IMG/VR virus record: IMGVR_UViG_2843857367_000001
Coordinates: 1 to 64,000 of that record
Direction: 5' to 3' (one strand)
Source of the DNA: a virus
Lineage: Duplodnaviria; Caudoviricetes
DNA: 64,000 nucleotides
Both the position numbers and the translations under genes were made by a program. Below are positions 48,004 through 56,360 of the stretch, piece after piece (the stretch's first letter is position 1; each line of letters starts with the position of its first letter). The notes under the pieces are model-generated. The model ran no database searches, had not been told where the DNA came from, and worked only from the letters and a program-made list of their open reading frames with translations.

Positions 48004-48004
48004 A
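47960..48004 (-). other. att site: 3' half of tRNA(CAT)
   Basis: minus strand TTCATAA CCCAC AGGTC GGCGG TTCGATC CCGCC TCCAACC A CCA; 5' half absent. Confidence 0.88.
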
Positions 48005-49176
48005 GCCGCCGTCCTGCCACCCTTAGACGGTTGTTCTACCTCGTCTTTATCGCATCTCTCGGTGGTTGCTCCGGGACTATTCCGGGAGAGCGCCGCAAGC
48101 CCCGCCTTCACGTCGTCCTCGATCGCATGGGCGTAAACCATCGTCGACTTGATGTCGGCATGGCCCAGGAGGCGCTGGGCCAGACGCAGGTTGCCGGTCT
48201 CCCGCAGGATCTGCATGCCGCTGTGGTGGCGCAGGTCATGGATGCCTCGCAGGCCCTTGGCGTCCTTCAGTCCAGATCGCTTCATCGCCCGCCGCATGGC
48301 GATAGCGGCGCCAGAAGGCTTCAGCGCCTTGAGGATGACCTTGCCGGCAGGCCCTGGTAGGCGCCGCTCGCGATACCAGACCGTCTCCAGCCTCGCGGCC
48401 CGCGCCCGGCCGAGGCGCGCAGAAAGCATGGCCGCATCCTCGGGCAGCAGAGGGATAACGTGGTCGTCGCCGCCCTTTCGGTCCCGGAGGCGGACGCGGG
48501 CGTTGTTGATGTCAGCCACGTCGAGGTCGTCGAGCGAGAAGAACAGCTCCGACAGGCGGCAACCGTAGCGGGCGGCGAACCTGATCAGGTCGTGCCAATG
48601 CGGCAGGACCTCGGCCTCGACCCGCTCCAGCTCATCCCCGACAAGCTCCTTGGGCCGAGGCTTCGGCTCCTTCAGCCGCAGGGCCTCCCAGTCGATCTCG
48701 GGCAGCCTGGCGCCCCATGCCTTCCGTGCGCGGTTCAAGATCGGCCGGAGAGTGTCGATCATGTCCCGGTTCACCGTCGAGTTGGACGGCAGGTATTCCT
48801 TCGCGCCCTTGGCCTTCGACTTGACGATGCCCTGGCCGCGGCGGCGCTCAATGGCCGTGGCGATGTGGTTGGTGGTGATGTCGCAGATGCGCGTCCCTGC
48901 CCCCACGACGGCCATCATGCGCTCGATCCGGGCTTCCAGACGGGCGCCGCCCTTCAGCGTCGTGCCGCGCTCGGCCCACCAACGGCCGGCAGCCTCGTCC
49001 AGCGTCATCTGAGACGCGTCGTCCAGTTCGCCGGTCGCGGCCTTGGTGCGAATGCGTCGCTCGACTTCCTCGGCCTTGCGCTTCGTCTCCACGCCCGTCG
49101 AGCCGTGGTAGCGTCTGCCCTTGTACTGGAAGTCGTAGGCCCAGTACCGGCTGTTCTTCGGCAGATAGACGGACAT
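47998..49176 (-). CDS. tyrosine integrase
   Basis: GCRLSE, HDLRH, LGH, TMVYAH; N-terminal arm-binding segment. Confidence 0.95.
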   Translation of the reverse strand: MSVYLPKNSRYWAYDFQYKGRRYHGSTGVETKRKAEEVERRIRTKAATGELDDASQMTLDEAAGRWWAERGTTLKGGARLEARIERMMAVVGAGTRICDITTNHIATAIERRRGQGIVKSKAKGAKEYLPSNSTVNRDMIDTLRPILNRARKAWGARLPEIDWEALRLKEPKPRPKELVGDELERVEAEVLPHWHDLIRFAARYGCRLSELFFSLDDLDVADINNARVRLRDRKGGDDHVIPLLPEDAAMLSARLGRARAARLETVWYRERRLPGPAGKVILKALKPSGAAIAMRRAMKRSGLKDAKGLRGIHDLRHHSGMQILRETGNLRLAQRLLGHADIKSTMVYAHAIEDDVKAGLAALSRNSPGATTERCDKDEVEQPSKGGRTAAS

Positions 49177-49469
49177 CAGGGGTCGACGTGATAGACGCGC
49201 GCATGGGGTATGCCTGGAGGGCAAACCTTGTCCTCAATCCTGTAGATCGCCTCGCGCAGCGGCTGAACGGGATCGGTGGCGCTCAGGATCTGGGCCAGCG
49301 GAACGACTTCCTCTTCCAGCTTCTCGTCATCTGCGCCGATGGGCGGGAAGCCGCCTTTGATGATCACCGCTTCTGCGGTTTGCCGGATAGGCCTGAAGGC
49401 TACGGCTGAATTCTTCATCTGGATCTCAGCGTCGTAGATCGCGCCCTTGATAAGATGGTCGTCAGTCAT
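49176..49469 (-). CDS. hypothetical protein
   Basis: coupled to int. Confidence 0.55.
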   Translation of the reverse strand: MTDDHLIKGAIYDAEIQMKNSAVAFRPIRQTAEAVIIKGGFPPIGADDEKLEEEVVPLAQILSATDPVQPLREAIYRIEDKVCPPGIPHARVYHVDP

Positions 49470-49482
49470 TTCGTTCAAATTC

Positions 49483-49809
49483 CTAGCGCCCGGCTGTCTT
49501 CTTGCGCTGGCTGAACGGCACGACCTTGGATTGGACGTGGACCGTCGGCCTCGGCTTCTCCTCGCGGACCGGGGTGTCAACCTGCGTCAGATAACAGCGT
49601 ATGTCACCCTCGGTGTAGGCACGACGTGCGCCTCTGCGGACAGCGCGGATCACGCCCTCGTCCGTCAGCTCGCGCAGGGTTCCAGCGTCCATGCCCAGCA
49701 GTTTGGCTGCCGCCTGGGCGGTGATGATGCAGGCGTCTGCGAAGGCCATCTGGATGCGGCGCTCGGTTGCCGGACCGATGGTGGGGATCGGATCGTTGGC
49801 CGGCATCAT
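49483..49809 (-). CDS. excisionase-like HTH protein
   Basis: AAAKLLGMDAGTLREL..EGVIRAVR.G. Confidence 0.75.
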   Translation of the reverse strand: MMPANDPIPTIGPATERRIQMAFADACIITAQAAAKLLGMDAGTLRELTDEGVIRAVRRGARRAYTEGDIRCYLTQVDTPVREEKPRPTVHVQSKVVPFSQRKKTAGR

Positions 49810-50210
49810 GGCTGCGGCCTCCGATCCGCGAGGTTGATCACTTGGCCGCGCACAGGCCGGAAGGGTCCTGCCTTCTCGCGCTCCCACATTTCCCAGAGCG
49901 CTTCGGCAGTCCTCGGAAAATCGACTTCGTTGTCGTGTTCGTCTGTCACTCGGCCGAAACCGACCCAGTGAAGGGCCAGCGACAAGTCATCCTCGCCGGG
50001 GGAGTCTGAAGGCCACGGGCCGTCGTCATCCTCCCGCACGCGGCATAGCTCCCCGAGCAAGCACTCGAGTTCATGGGCGAGCGGATTGCAGCCTAGATCG
50101 AAGCCTTCAAATCCGGCGTTCACCGCCGCCTGCTCGGTGGCGTCTCTCGCCGCTTGGGCCGCCTTCAGAGCGTTGAAGCACCGGATGAACTGCTCGCGGG
50201 TAATGTTCAT
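49806..50210 (-). CDS. hypothetical protein
   Basis: ATGA coupling. Confidence 0.6.
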   Translation of the reverse strand: MNITREQFIRCFNALKAAQAARDATEQAAVNAGFEGFDLGCNPLAHELECLLGELCRVREDDDGPWPSDSPGEDDLSLALHWVGFGRVTDEHDNEVDFPRTAEALWEMWEREKAGPFRPVRGQVINLADRRPQP

Positions 50211-50551
50211 CGTGCAGGCTCCATCAGATCGACGAGTTCAAACACCTGACCCACGAAGGCAGCGGGGAAGGTCGCTTCGAACATTTGTCGGATGATCTCG
50301 CGAGCTATCGGCCTCTGGCTTGACCGCCACGGCCCGTTGAAGCGTGGGTCCTCCAAGGTCTCGTGCACGAGGCGAGCAGCCATATCGACAGCCTGATGCT
50401 CTGCTCTCGTGCCGATCATGGCGCGCAACATCATGACATCGCCCATGGCTGAGAACCGGGCAGCATAACCTTTCTTTAGAGTACGCAGACGGTGGTGCAG
50501 CCATGCCCTCTGAATGCAGGCGACGATGTAATTTATCATTGCTGCCTCCAA
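50207..50551 (-). CDS. hypothetical protein
   Basis: operon ORF. Confidence 0.55.
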   Translation of the reverse strand: MEAAMINYIVACIQRAWLHHRLRTLKKGYAARFSAMGDVMMLRAMIGTRAEHQAVDMAARLVHETLEDPRFNGPWRSSQRPIAREIIRQMFEATFPAAFVGQVFELVDLMEPAR

Positions 50552-50748
50552 AGAACTTCGCCAGTCAGCCCGTCTTCGATCTTCAGCGTTCCGGGATTGG
50601 ACTCGGCATGGGCGTTAAGATCGTCATCGGCGGGAAGCTCGATCAGGTAGAACGTCGGCTCGCCATTCGTCAGGCGATAGAAGATCCGCGGCACCCATTG
50701 ATCGCGAGGCGGCAGGGGCTTGCCGGTGGCGTAGGTCTGGCCGGTCAT
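50536..50748 (-). CDS. hypothetical protein
   Basis: HAESNPGTLKIED; coupled. Confidence 0.55.
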   Translation of the reverse strand: MTGQTYATGKPLPPRDQWVPRIFYRLTNGEPTFYLIELPADDDLNAHAESNPGTLKIEDGLTGEVLWRQQ

Positions 50749-50873
50749 CGGTTCGCATCCTTCTGAGGCTCGGCAGATCGGATCATCGTGCCGCACCGAT
50801 GGCAGGCGCCGTAGATCGAGCCGAAGCGTATGGGCGGGTGGCCGAACAGACGGCAGAGGAGGCGACGGATCAT
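50745..50873 (-). CDS. 42 aa Cys/His peptide
   Basis: LLCRLFGH...CHRCG, ATGA coupling (read manually). Confidence 0.5.
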   Translation of the reverse strand: MIRRLLCRLFGHPPIRFGSIYGACHRCGTMIRSAEPQKDANR

Positions 50874-51043
50874 CGCGGGCTCCTCCGCTCGGCCAACATT
50901 CCGAAGGCAATCCCCACGCCTATAGAGGTCAGGAAGACGCCGGTTCGAGCGCCGGGGTCATCGGTGAGGGCCAAGACGATCCGGCCCAGGCCAGCACAGA
51001 CAAGCCAGGCCCCGATGGTGGGCAAAACCCAACGGAAGATCAT
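50870..51043 (-). CDS. small two-TM protein
   Basis: MIFRWVLPTIGAWLV..., ATGA coupling (read manually). Confidence 0.45.
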   Translation of the reverse strand: MIFRWVLPTIGAWLVCAGLGRIVLALTDDPGARTGVFLTSIGVGIAFGMLAERRSPR

Positions 51044-51339
51044 GCCGACCTCCTCCCATGGGGCTGCCTCTCCAGCAGGTCGAGAAGCTGTCCGGCGTTC
51101 TGAATGGACTCCCGGTCGTCGTCGCTCAGATCGACCGAGGTCAGGTCACTCGCCGCATCAATGAAGGCCATCCGCTTCGCGTCGTCCGGGATCCAGTCAA
51201 CCATGAGGGTCGAGTCAGGCGGGAACCCCATAAAGCCGACACTCAGCCCGCGCCTCCAGGCGATCAGGCCGCCGCTGTCGTCGCGGTAGATGTTCGTGAC
51301 GTCAGGAATGCAGAGATCAGAGAGAATGCCGTCGGTCAT
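51040..51339 (-). CDS. hypothetical protein
   Basis: ATGA coupling. Confidence 0.6.
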   Translation of the reverse strand: MTDGILSDLCIPDVTNIYRDDSGGLIAWRRGLSVGFMGFPPDSTLMVDWIPDDAKRMAFIDAASDLTSVDLSDDDRESIQNAGQLLDLLERQPHGRRSA

Positions 51340-51683
51340 GCGCCAGCCCTCGCCAGTTCATGCAATCCGACCTTCATGCGGACCTCGGCCACGACCTTGG
51401 CGCGCACGGCGCCGTCGAACTCTTCGAGGTCGATGACGTGGCGCGAGTAGGCGGGGTTGTCGTGCCAGATTTTCACTTCGCGGAAAGGCGCGACAGGGAT
51501 GCGCTCGGCCCGGTAGGGCGTCCCGCCTTCCCCTGTGAAGTCGAGGATGTAGACGCCCTCGCCGTCGTAGCGCGCGGCGGACTGAACCATCAGGAAGTCA
51601 CCGGTGCGCAGCGTTGGCTGCATCACGTCGCCGCGGATTTGAAACGGGCGGATGGCGGGGTGTTGAAAGACGGCAGGGGTCAT
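51336..51683 (-). CDS. stand-alone S24 peptidase-like domain, catalytically degenerate
   Basis: RGDVMQPTL..GD, EGVYIL, DNPAY. Confidence 0.75.
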   Translation of the reverse strand: MTPAVFQHPAIRPFQIRGDVMQPTLRTGDFLMVQSAARYDGEGVYILDFTGEGGTPYRAERIPVAPFREVKIWHDNPAYSRHVIDLEEFDGAVRAKVVAEVRMKVGLHELARAGA

Positions 51684-52921
51684 CGCGCCATCGCCTTTTC
51701 GGAGACGCCGTCCTGCTCGTAACGAGACCAGGCATAGGCCTTTAGGTGCAGCGCTTCAGCCTTAGTCAGGGCGTTGTAGATCGCGGTCGCGTCGGCCAGC
51801 CCGCTCGGCCGGTCCATGCCAATCCCGAAGCCCAGCCCACTATCGTGGAACGTGACCTGGCATCCGGTCTGCGCTTCAACCTGAGCGACCCAATCAGCCG
51901 CCCATGCCTGCCGCGCGGCCAGGTGTTCAGTTAGGGCCTCGACCTGATGACGATCCAACTGCGCGAAACGGTCGCTGAGCGCCTTAATCTCGGGGCGGTC
52001 GTCGCCGGCGCGGTGCAGGATGTCGGGGCCGAAAGCTGGGTTAAACAGCTTGAAGCGCATCCCCTGAGCGTAGGCTTCAAGGGCAAATTGTTCGGGATGG
52101 AAGCCTTCTAGTCCGACAGGCAGGCCGACCGCTGCTCGCATACCATCGCGCAGTTGAGCGCGGACCTCGGCGCGCCGATCCAGGTCGTTCTTCGTGACCG
52201 TGTAAGCGGTGCTGTCAGCATACACTCGGACCATCAGAGCGTCAGTGGACGGGGCGTACCAGCTCGGCTGTTCCCGCTGACGCTGAATGGCGAGGTGCTG
52301 ACGCTGGAAATAGGCCTTAACCTCCTCTCGGTCCCAGTCGGACAGAGCGGCGAAAGCTGCAGCACACTTCTCCTCACCGGGGCCCGTGAACGTCAGTCCC
52401 TCGGTTTCCGCGTCCCAGTGGAAGCGAGCCCGCGTACCTGCCGTCGTTCCCTCAAGCCATCGCCGCGCGACAAATCGTACCGGCTCCGCGTCGGCCAACT
52501 CCTTAGACGCACCGGACAGGAAGGCGGCGTCTTGATAGAGGGCGATCAGCGCGCGGTCTTCGTACGAAGCGCTCATGAGGTGGGATAGGTAAGCCGGATT
52601 GTCCGGGCTGGCGCCTTTCCAATAGCGTCCGCCGAGGAAGCTCTTGATAAAGATGCGTCCCTTTTCGGCGATTTCACCGACAGTCGCGGCGCGGGTTTGC
52701 AGCAGCTTTTCGAGAGCATCGTCCACCGCCTGATCGGCGACTTCGACGCCCTCTTTATCGCCCGCCGCCTCGCGCTTGTCGCGGTGGTCACAGACTAGGC
52801 GCCAAGCTGCCACGGCGAGTTCGAATGGCGTTTTGTCGGCTGCTCGCACCGCGCGTGCGGCAGCGGTAACGGTGTCCTGGGTGGCGGTGGTGGCCGGAGC
52901 CAGATCGGCAGCGCTGGTCAT
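51680..52921 (-). CDS. hypothetical protein (413 aa)
   Basis: ATGA coupling at both ends. Confidence 0.65.
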   Translation of the reverse strand: MTSAADLAPATTATQDTVTAAARAVRAADKTPFELAVAAWRLVCDHRDKREAAGDKEGVEVADQAVDDALEKLLQTRAATVGEIAEKGRIFIKSFLGGRYWKGASPDNPAYLSHLMSASYEDRALIALYQDAAFLSGASKELADAEPVRFVARRWLEGTTAGTRARFHWDAETEGLTFTGPGEEKCAAAFAALSDWDREEVKAYFQRQHLAIQRQREQPSWYAPSTDALMVRVYADSTAYTVTKNDLDRRAEVRAQLRDGMRAAVGLPVGLEGFHPEQFALEAYAQGMRFKLFNPAFGPDILHRAGDDRPEIKALSDRFAQLDRHQVEALTEHLAARQAWAADWVAQVEAQTGCQVTFHDSGLGFGIGMDRPSGLADATAIYNALTKAEALHLKAYAWSRYEQDGVSEKAMAR

Positions 52922-53292
52922 TGGCGCGCTCCGATCCAGACGGCGTTGTCGTCGTACTCTTCCCGCGCAGCCAGCGTCGCCAAACGGGCGGTCGCTGCCA
53001 TGTCCGGATCGGCGTTCCAGAAGAAGGCCGGCGCCATGACACCGCAGACCCGGCAGTGGACGGTGTCGTCGGTGAAGTCGACCGGCTCGCCTTTGACGTC
53101 GCGGATCACCGCCCCGTCGTCGTCGAACAGGAACTGCACCTCCGAACCTGCCGGATCGACGGACAGCTGTTCGGCCTCGCCGCAGCAGCGGCAGGGCTTC
53201 AGATCGGTCAGCGCGACGGGCGGCTGACGAAAAACTTGCTGTTGGGCATCGGCTAAAACAGCCGAGGGCCGCCGTGTATCTGCATGCGCCAT
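52918..53292 (-). CDS. Lar-like Zn-finger protein
   Basis: LKPCRCCG...HCRVCG...WN. Confidence 0.65.
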   Translation of the reverse strand: MAHADTRRPSAVLADAQQQVFRQPPVALTDLKPCRCCGEAEQLSVDPAGSEVQFLFDDDGAVIRDVKGEPVDFTDDTVHCRVCGVMAPAFFWNADPDMAATARLATLAAREEYDDNAVWIGARQ

Positions 53293-53324
53293 GGACAAGC
53301 TCCATCAAAGAGGATGGAGCAATG

Positions 53325-53365
53325 ATGCACGAATGCAACGAACCCGTCAATGCACGAATGCAACG
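53325..53365 (-). promoter_or_regulatory. leftward promoter with two identical operators
   Basis: ATGCACGAATGCAACG at 53325 and 53350; TTGACG on minus strand between them. Confidence 0.75.
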
Positions 53366-54133
53366 CTAATCGTCAAATGGCGTGGGCATTGGCCTGGGCT
53401 GACGCATTCGCGCCTCGCGTGGCTGGTAGGAAGCTAGGACTACGCCCAGAATTTCGAACTGATATCGGTGGGCTTTTTCCTCATCCCCTGCTGCATCCGG
53501 GTCGAAATCTTGGGCTGGAAGGGCTCTGCATACCAGCTCTCGCCCCTCCCCCTCCGAAGACGGGCGGTACTCCCAAAGAGACAGCTGGTACTTGGACCCA
53601 CCGAAAAAACTAACAATCCTCCGACACAAAAAAACGTCCTGATCGTATATCGTCTCCTCTTTGTGTGATCCCACAACAAGAAACGACCCTGCTTTATAGG
53701 ACGGATCCGACACATCATCGGCAACCTCATAGATCGCAATCGATTTGCTTAACCAACTGGAGTCAAATAGCGAGATCGATCGCCCAGTCTGAGGTTTTTG
53801 CAGAAGGGTGTCACGCCAGGCACCCCACTCTACTGCGCCCGCAACGGGTATCGGCTCGCCGGTAACAAGCGCAAGGCGAGTGGCCGTCCTGCTAACATCG
53901 TCCAGCGTGCTCCAATATTCGTCGGCCGACTCGTTCCTCATCTTTAGTGCGAGCTGCATCAATTTCTGCAGGGTCGCCGAAGATGGCGTGAAGGGCGAGT
54001 CCTCGTCCAGTGCCCGGGTAAGCGTGCTGGGGGATAGACCGGCCTCACGAGCAGTTTGAGATGCTGACCACCCCTGTTGCTCCATGATGGACCGGATGAT
54101 CTGCGCGGTCTGATCCCGCAATTCATTAGACAT
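53366..54133 (-). CDS. CI-like repressor (XRE HTH + degenerate S24-like domain)
   Basis: TAREAGLSPSTLTR HTH; IPVAGAVEWG; ILGVV. Confidence 0.8.
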   Translation of the reverse strand: MSNELRDQTAQIIRSIMEQQGWSASQTAREAGLSPSTLTRALDEDSPFTPSSATLQKLMQLALKMRNESADEYWSTLDDVSRTATRLALVTGEPIPVAGAVEWGAWRDTLLQKPQTGRSISLFDSSWLSKSIAIYEVADDVSDPSYKAGSFLVVGSHKEETIYDQDVFLCRRIVSFFGGSKYQLSLWEYRPSSEGEGRELVCRALPAQDFDPDAAGDEEKAHRYQFEILGVVLASYQPREARMRQPRPMPTPFDD

Positions 54134-54180
54134 ATAGGCCTCGCGTTGCAGCGGTGACGAAGATAGCGGCCCCGACAGCG

Positions 54181-54221
54181 TTGCGCTCGATGCAATCATG
54201 CACTATCGTTGCATTCATGCA
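54181..54221 (+). promoter_or_regulatory. rightward promoter/operators
   Basis: TGCA-N4-TGCA at 54191 and 54210, same core as 53325 sites. Confidence 0.7.
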
Positions 54222-54417
54222 CGATCCCGTTGTCGCTTTCGAAGATGCCTGCAGGGCTCGAGGAGTGCCGCTTTTGGAGGCGCTCAAAGAGGCCAGCGTT
54301 GATCGCTCCACATGGTGGCGCTGGAAGTCTGGAAGAACTGGGCCTCGCCACGACACCCTTCAGCGCCTGCATGCGGGTCTTTCTAGGCTCGCGAATCCAG
54401 AAGGGGCGTCAGCCTGA
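54217..54417 (+). CDS. Cro-like protein
   Basis: ASVDRSTWWRWKSGRTGP..TLQRL. Confidence 0.8.
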   Translation: MHDPVVAFEDACRARGVPLLEALKEASVDRSTWWRWKSGRTGPRHDTLQRLHAGLSRLANPEGASA

Positions 54418-54661
54418 TGCAGCGCGCCCCTCGCCTTCTCCCGCTGCTCCTGCGCCAGACGCCACCACTTCGGGTCTCGCGTCTCCCTCGCGGCAACACT
54501 GCAAGCTCCCGCCGCAACTCCATGGCGGATCGCCCGCAAGATTTCTGCGGACGGCTCCGGTCCGCTGTTCGCCCTGTCCAACATCTCAACCTCCAATCCT
54601 GTGAGGCGACATTCGGCCAACGCCGGTCGTCCGTCACCTTGCACGCACAAGGCTCTTGGCA

Positions 54662-55105
54662 ATGAACGACTTCTCTCCCGCTCTCCTGAAGGCGCACTTC
54701 GGCCAGTTGGTCGACGCTGTCGGCACGCAGGAAGCCGCCGCCGCATTCCTCGGCGTCAGCCGTCAGCGCGTCGGCCAGTTGATCAGCACGGCGAACAACG
54801 ACCTGCCGACCTGGGGGCAGGTGTGGAAGCTGGAAAAGGTGACGGGACAATCGCTGGTCTTCGGCGCGTTCAGCCGCATGACGGCGGGCGAAGAGGCTCA
54901 CACCGGCGCCCTAACCGCTGCAGTCGAAAGCACCGCGACGGCCACCCGCGCCCTTCAGGCCGTCCATGCGGCGAAAGCTGACGGCATCATCGAGCCGCAC
55001 GAGGTTGAAGCTGTGCGGGATGCGGCGCGCGACAACCTGATCGCCGCCCAGCGCCAATACGACGAGAGCATGCGCTTGCGCTCGACTGCGGGAGCTGATG
55101 CATGA
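54662..55105 (+). CDS. CII-like regulator
   Basis: HTH plus ADGIIEPHE motif. Confidence 0.7.
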   Translation: MNDFSPALLKAHFGQLVDAVGTQEAAAAFLGVSRQRVGQLISTANNDLPTWGQVWKLEKVTGQSLVFGAFSRMTAGEEAHTGALTAAVESTATATRALQAVHAAKADGIIEPHEVEAVRDAARDNLIAAQRQYDESMRLRSTAGADA

Positions 55106-56112
55106 TCCAGATCGACCGGATCACGACCTTCGACCGCGTCCGTCAGGCGGACCGAAAGCAGGTTGAAGCCCTGGCCGAAAGCATCCGCGAGGTCGGGCTG
55201 CTCAATCCCATCGCGGTGGCGCCGGATGGCGATGGCTATGCCCTGATCGCCGGGATGCACCGGCTGGAAGCCGCGCGCCTGCTCGGCTGGGCCGAAATCC
55301 CGGCCACCGTGCTGGCGTTGGATCAGCACCGCCGGATCATCGCCGAGTGCGACGAGAACCTGTGCGCGCCGTCCCTGACGCCCGCCGAACGCGCTGAGTT
55401 CACCCGTCGTCGGAAGGCTGCCTACGAGGCGCTGCACCCGGAGACCGTTCGGGAGGCGACGCTAAAGAGGGGCGAGAATCTCCCGAGTCGCCAAGTTGGC
55501 GAAACGGGACCAACTCCCCGCTTCACCGCCGATACCGCCGCCGCAACGGGCCAGTCCGAGCGGGCCGTTCAGCGCGACGCCGAGCGGGGCGAGAAGGTCT
55601 CTGACGAAGCGCTGGCGCTGATCAAGGGCACGCGCCTCGACACCGGTCGCTACCTCGACAGCATTAAGAACCTGTCGGCAGAGGATCAGGTGGCGAAGGT
55701 GGAGGCGGATCTGGCGCCGCCATCGGAAGCCGTCGAAAAACGGGACACGCCACCCGCTGAGCCTGCCGAGCCCATCGACCCCGCCGAAGCCAAGGCCCGG
55801 CGCGAAATCGCCCAGCTTCCCGACGAGGCCAAGGTCGACGAGATCGTCGGCCTACGGGCTGAAGTCATCGACCTGCGCAAAGCGGTCAAGGAACATAAGG
55901 CCAACATCGCCAAGCTGAAGACGCAGCTGAAAGGCCACGAGGGCGACAAGGACGACACGATCCGGGCGATGCAAAGGAAGCTCGATCACGCGAACAGCGA
56001 GATGTTCCGCGCGAAGGAAGACGCCGCCCGAGAGCTGCGCCGAAGCCACGTGCTGAAGAAGGAGAACGCGAAGCTCAAAGCCGAGATCGAGAACCAGGTG
56101 TTCCAGCTTTGA
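55102..56112 (+). CDS. ParB N-terminal domain protein with coiled coil
   Basis: LAESIREVGLLNPI, LIAGMHRLEA, DENL. Confidence 0.88.
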   Translation: MIQIDRITTFDRVRQADRKQVEALAESIREVGLLNPIAVAPDGDGYALIAGMHRLEAARLLGWAEIPATVLALDQHRRIIAECDENLCAPSLTPAERAEFTRRRKAAYEALHPETVREATLKRGENLPSRQVGETGPTPRFTADTAAATGQSERAVQRDAERGEKVSDEALALIKGTRLDTGRYLDSIKNLSAEDQVAKVEADLAPPSEAVEKRDTPPAEPAEPIDPAEAKARREIAQLPDEAKVDEIVGLRAEVIDLRKAVKEHKANIAKLKTQLKGHEGDKDDTIRAMQRKLDHANSEMFRAKEDAARELRRSHVLKKENAKLKAEIENQVFQL

Positions 56113-56360
56113 GCATCGTCGAGCGCATCAGAGCCCATGGCGGCGAGGTCGGAAGGGACCGCTGGAACGTCAGCCTCCGCAAGGGACGGCTGGACGCGAC
56201 GGCGCTTGCCTGGATCGCGAAGCACAGGGCCCAGCTGATGCGCGAGATCTGGCCTGAATACGACGCCTTCGAAGAGCGCGCAGCCATCATCGAATACGAC
56301 GGTGGTCTGCCACGAGCTGAGGCCGAGCGCGCCGCATACCGGGAGGTGTGCGGATGCTGA
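56109..56360 (+). CDS. small replication-region protein
   Basis: FEERAAIIEYDGGLPRAEAE motif. Confidence 0.7.
   Translation: MSIVERIRAHGGEVGRDRWNVSLRKGRLDATALAWIAKHRAQLMREIWPEYDAFEERAAIIEYDGGLPRAEAERAAYREVCGC

Noticed and set aside
47960-48040. Intact tRNA-Met/Ile2 gene
   Set aside because: 5' anticodon stem, D arm and 5' acceptor strand are missing; only an att fragment
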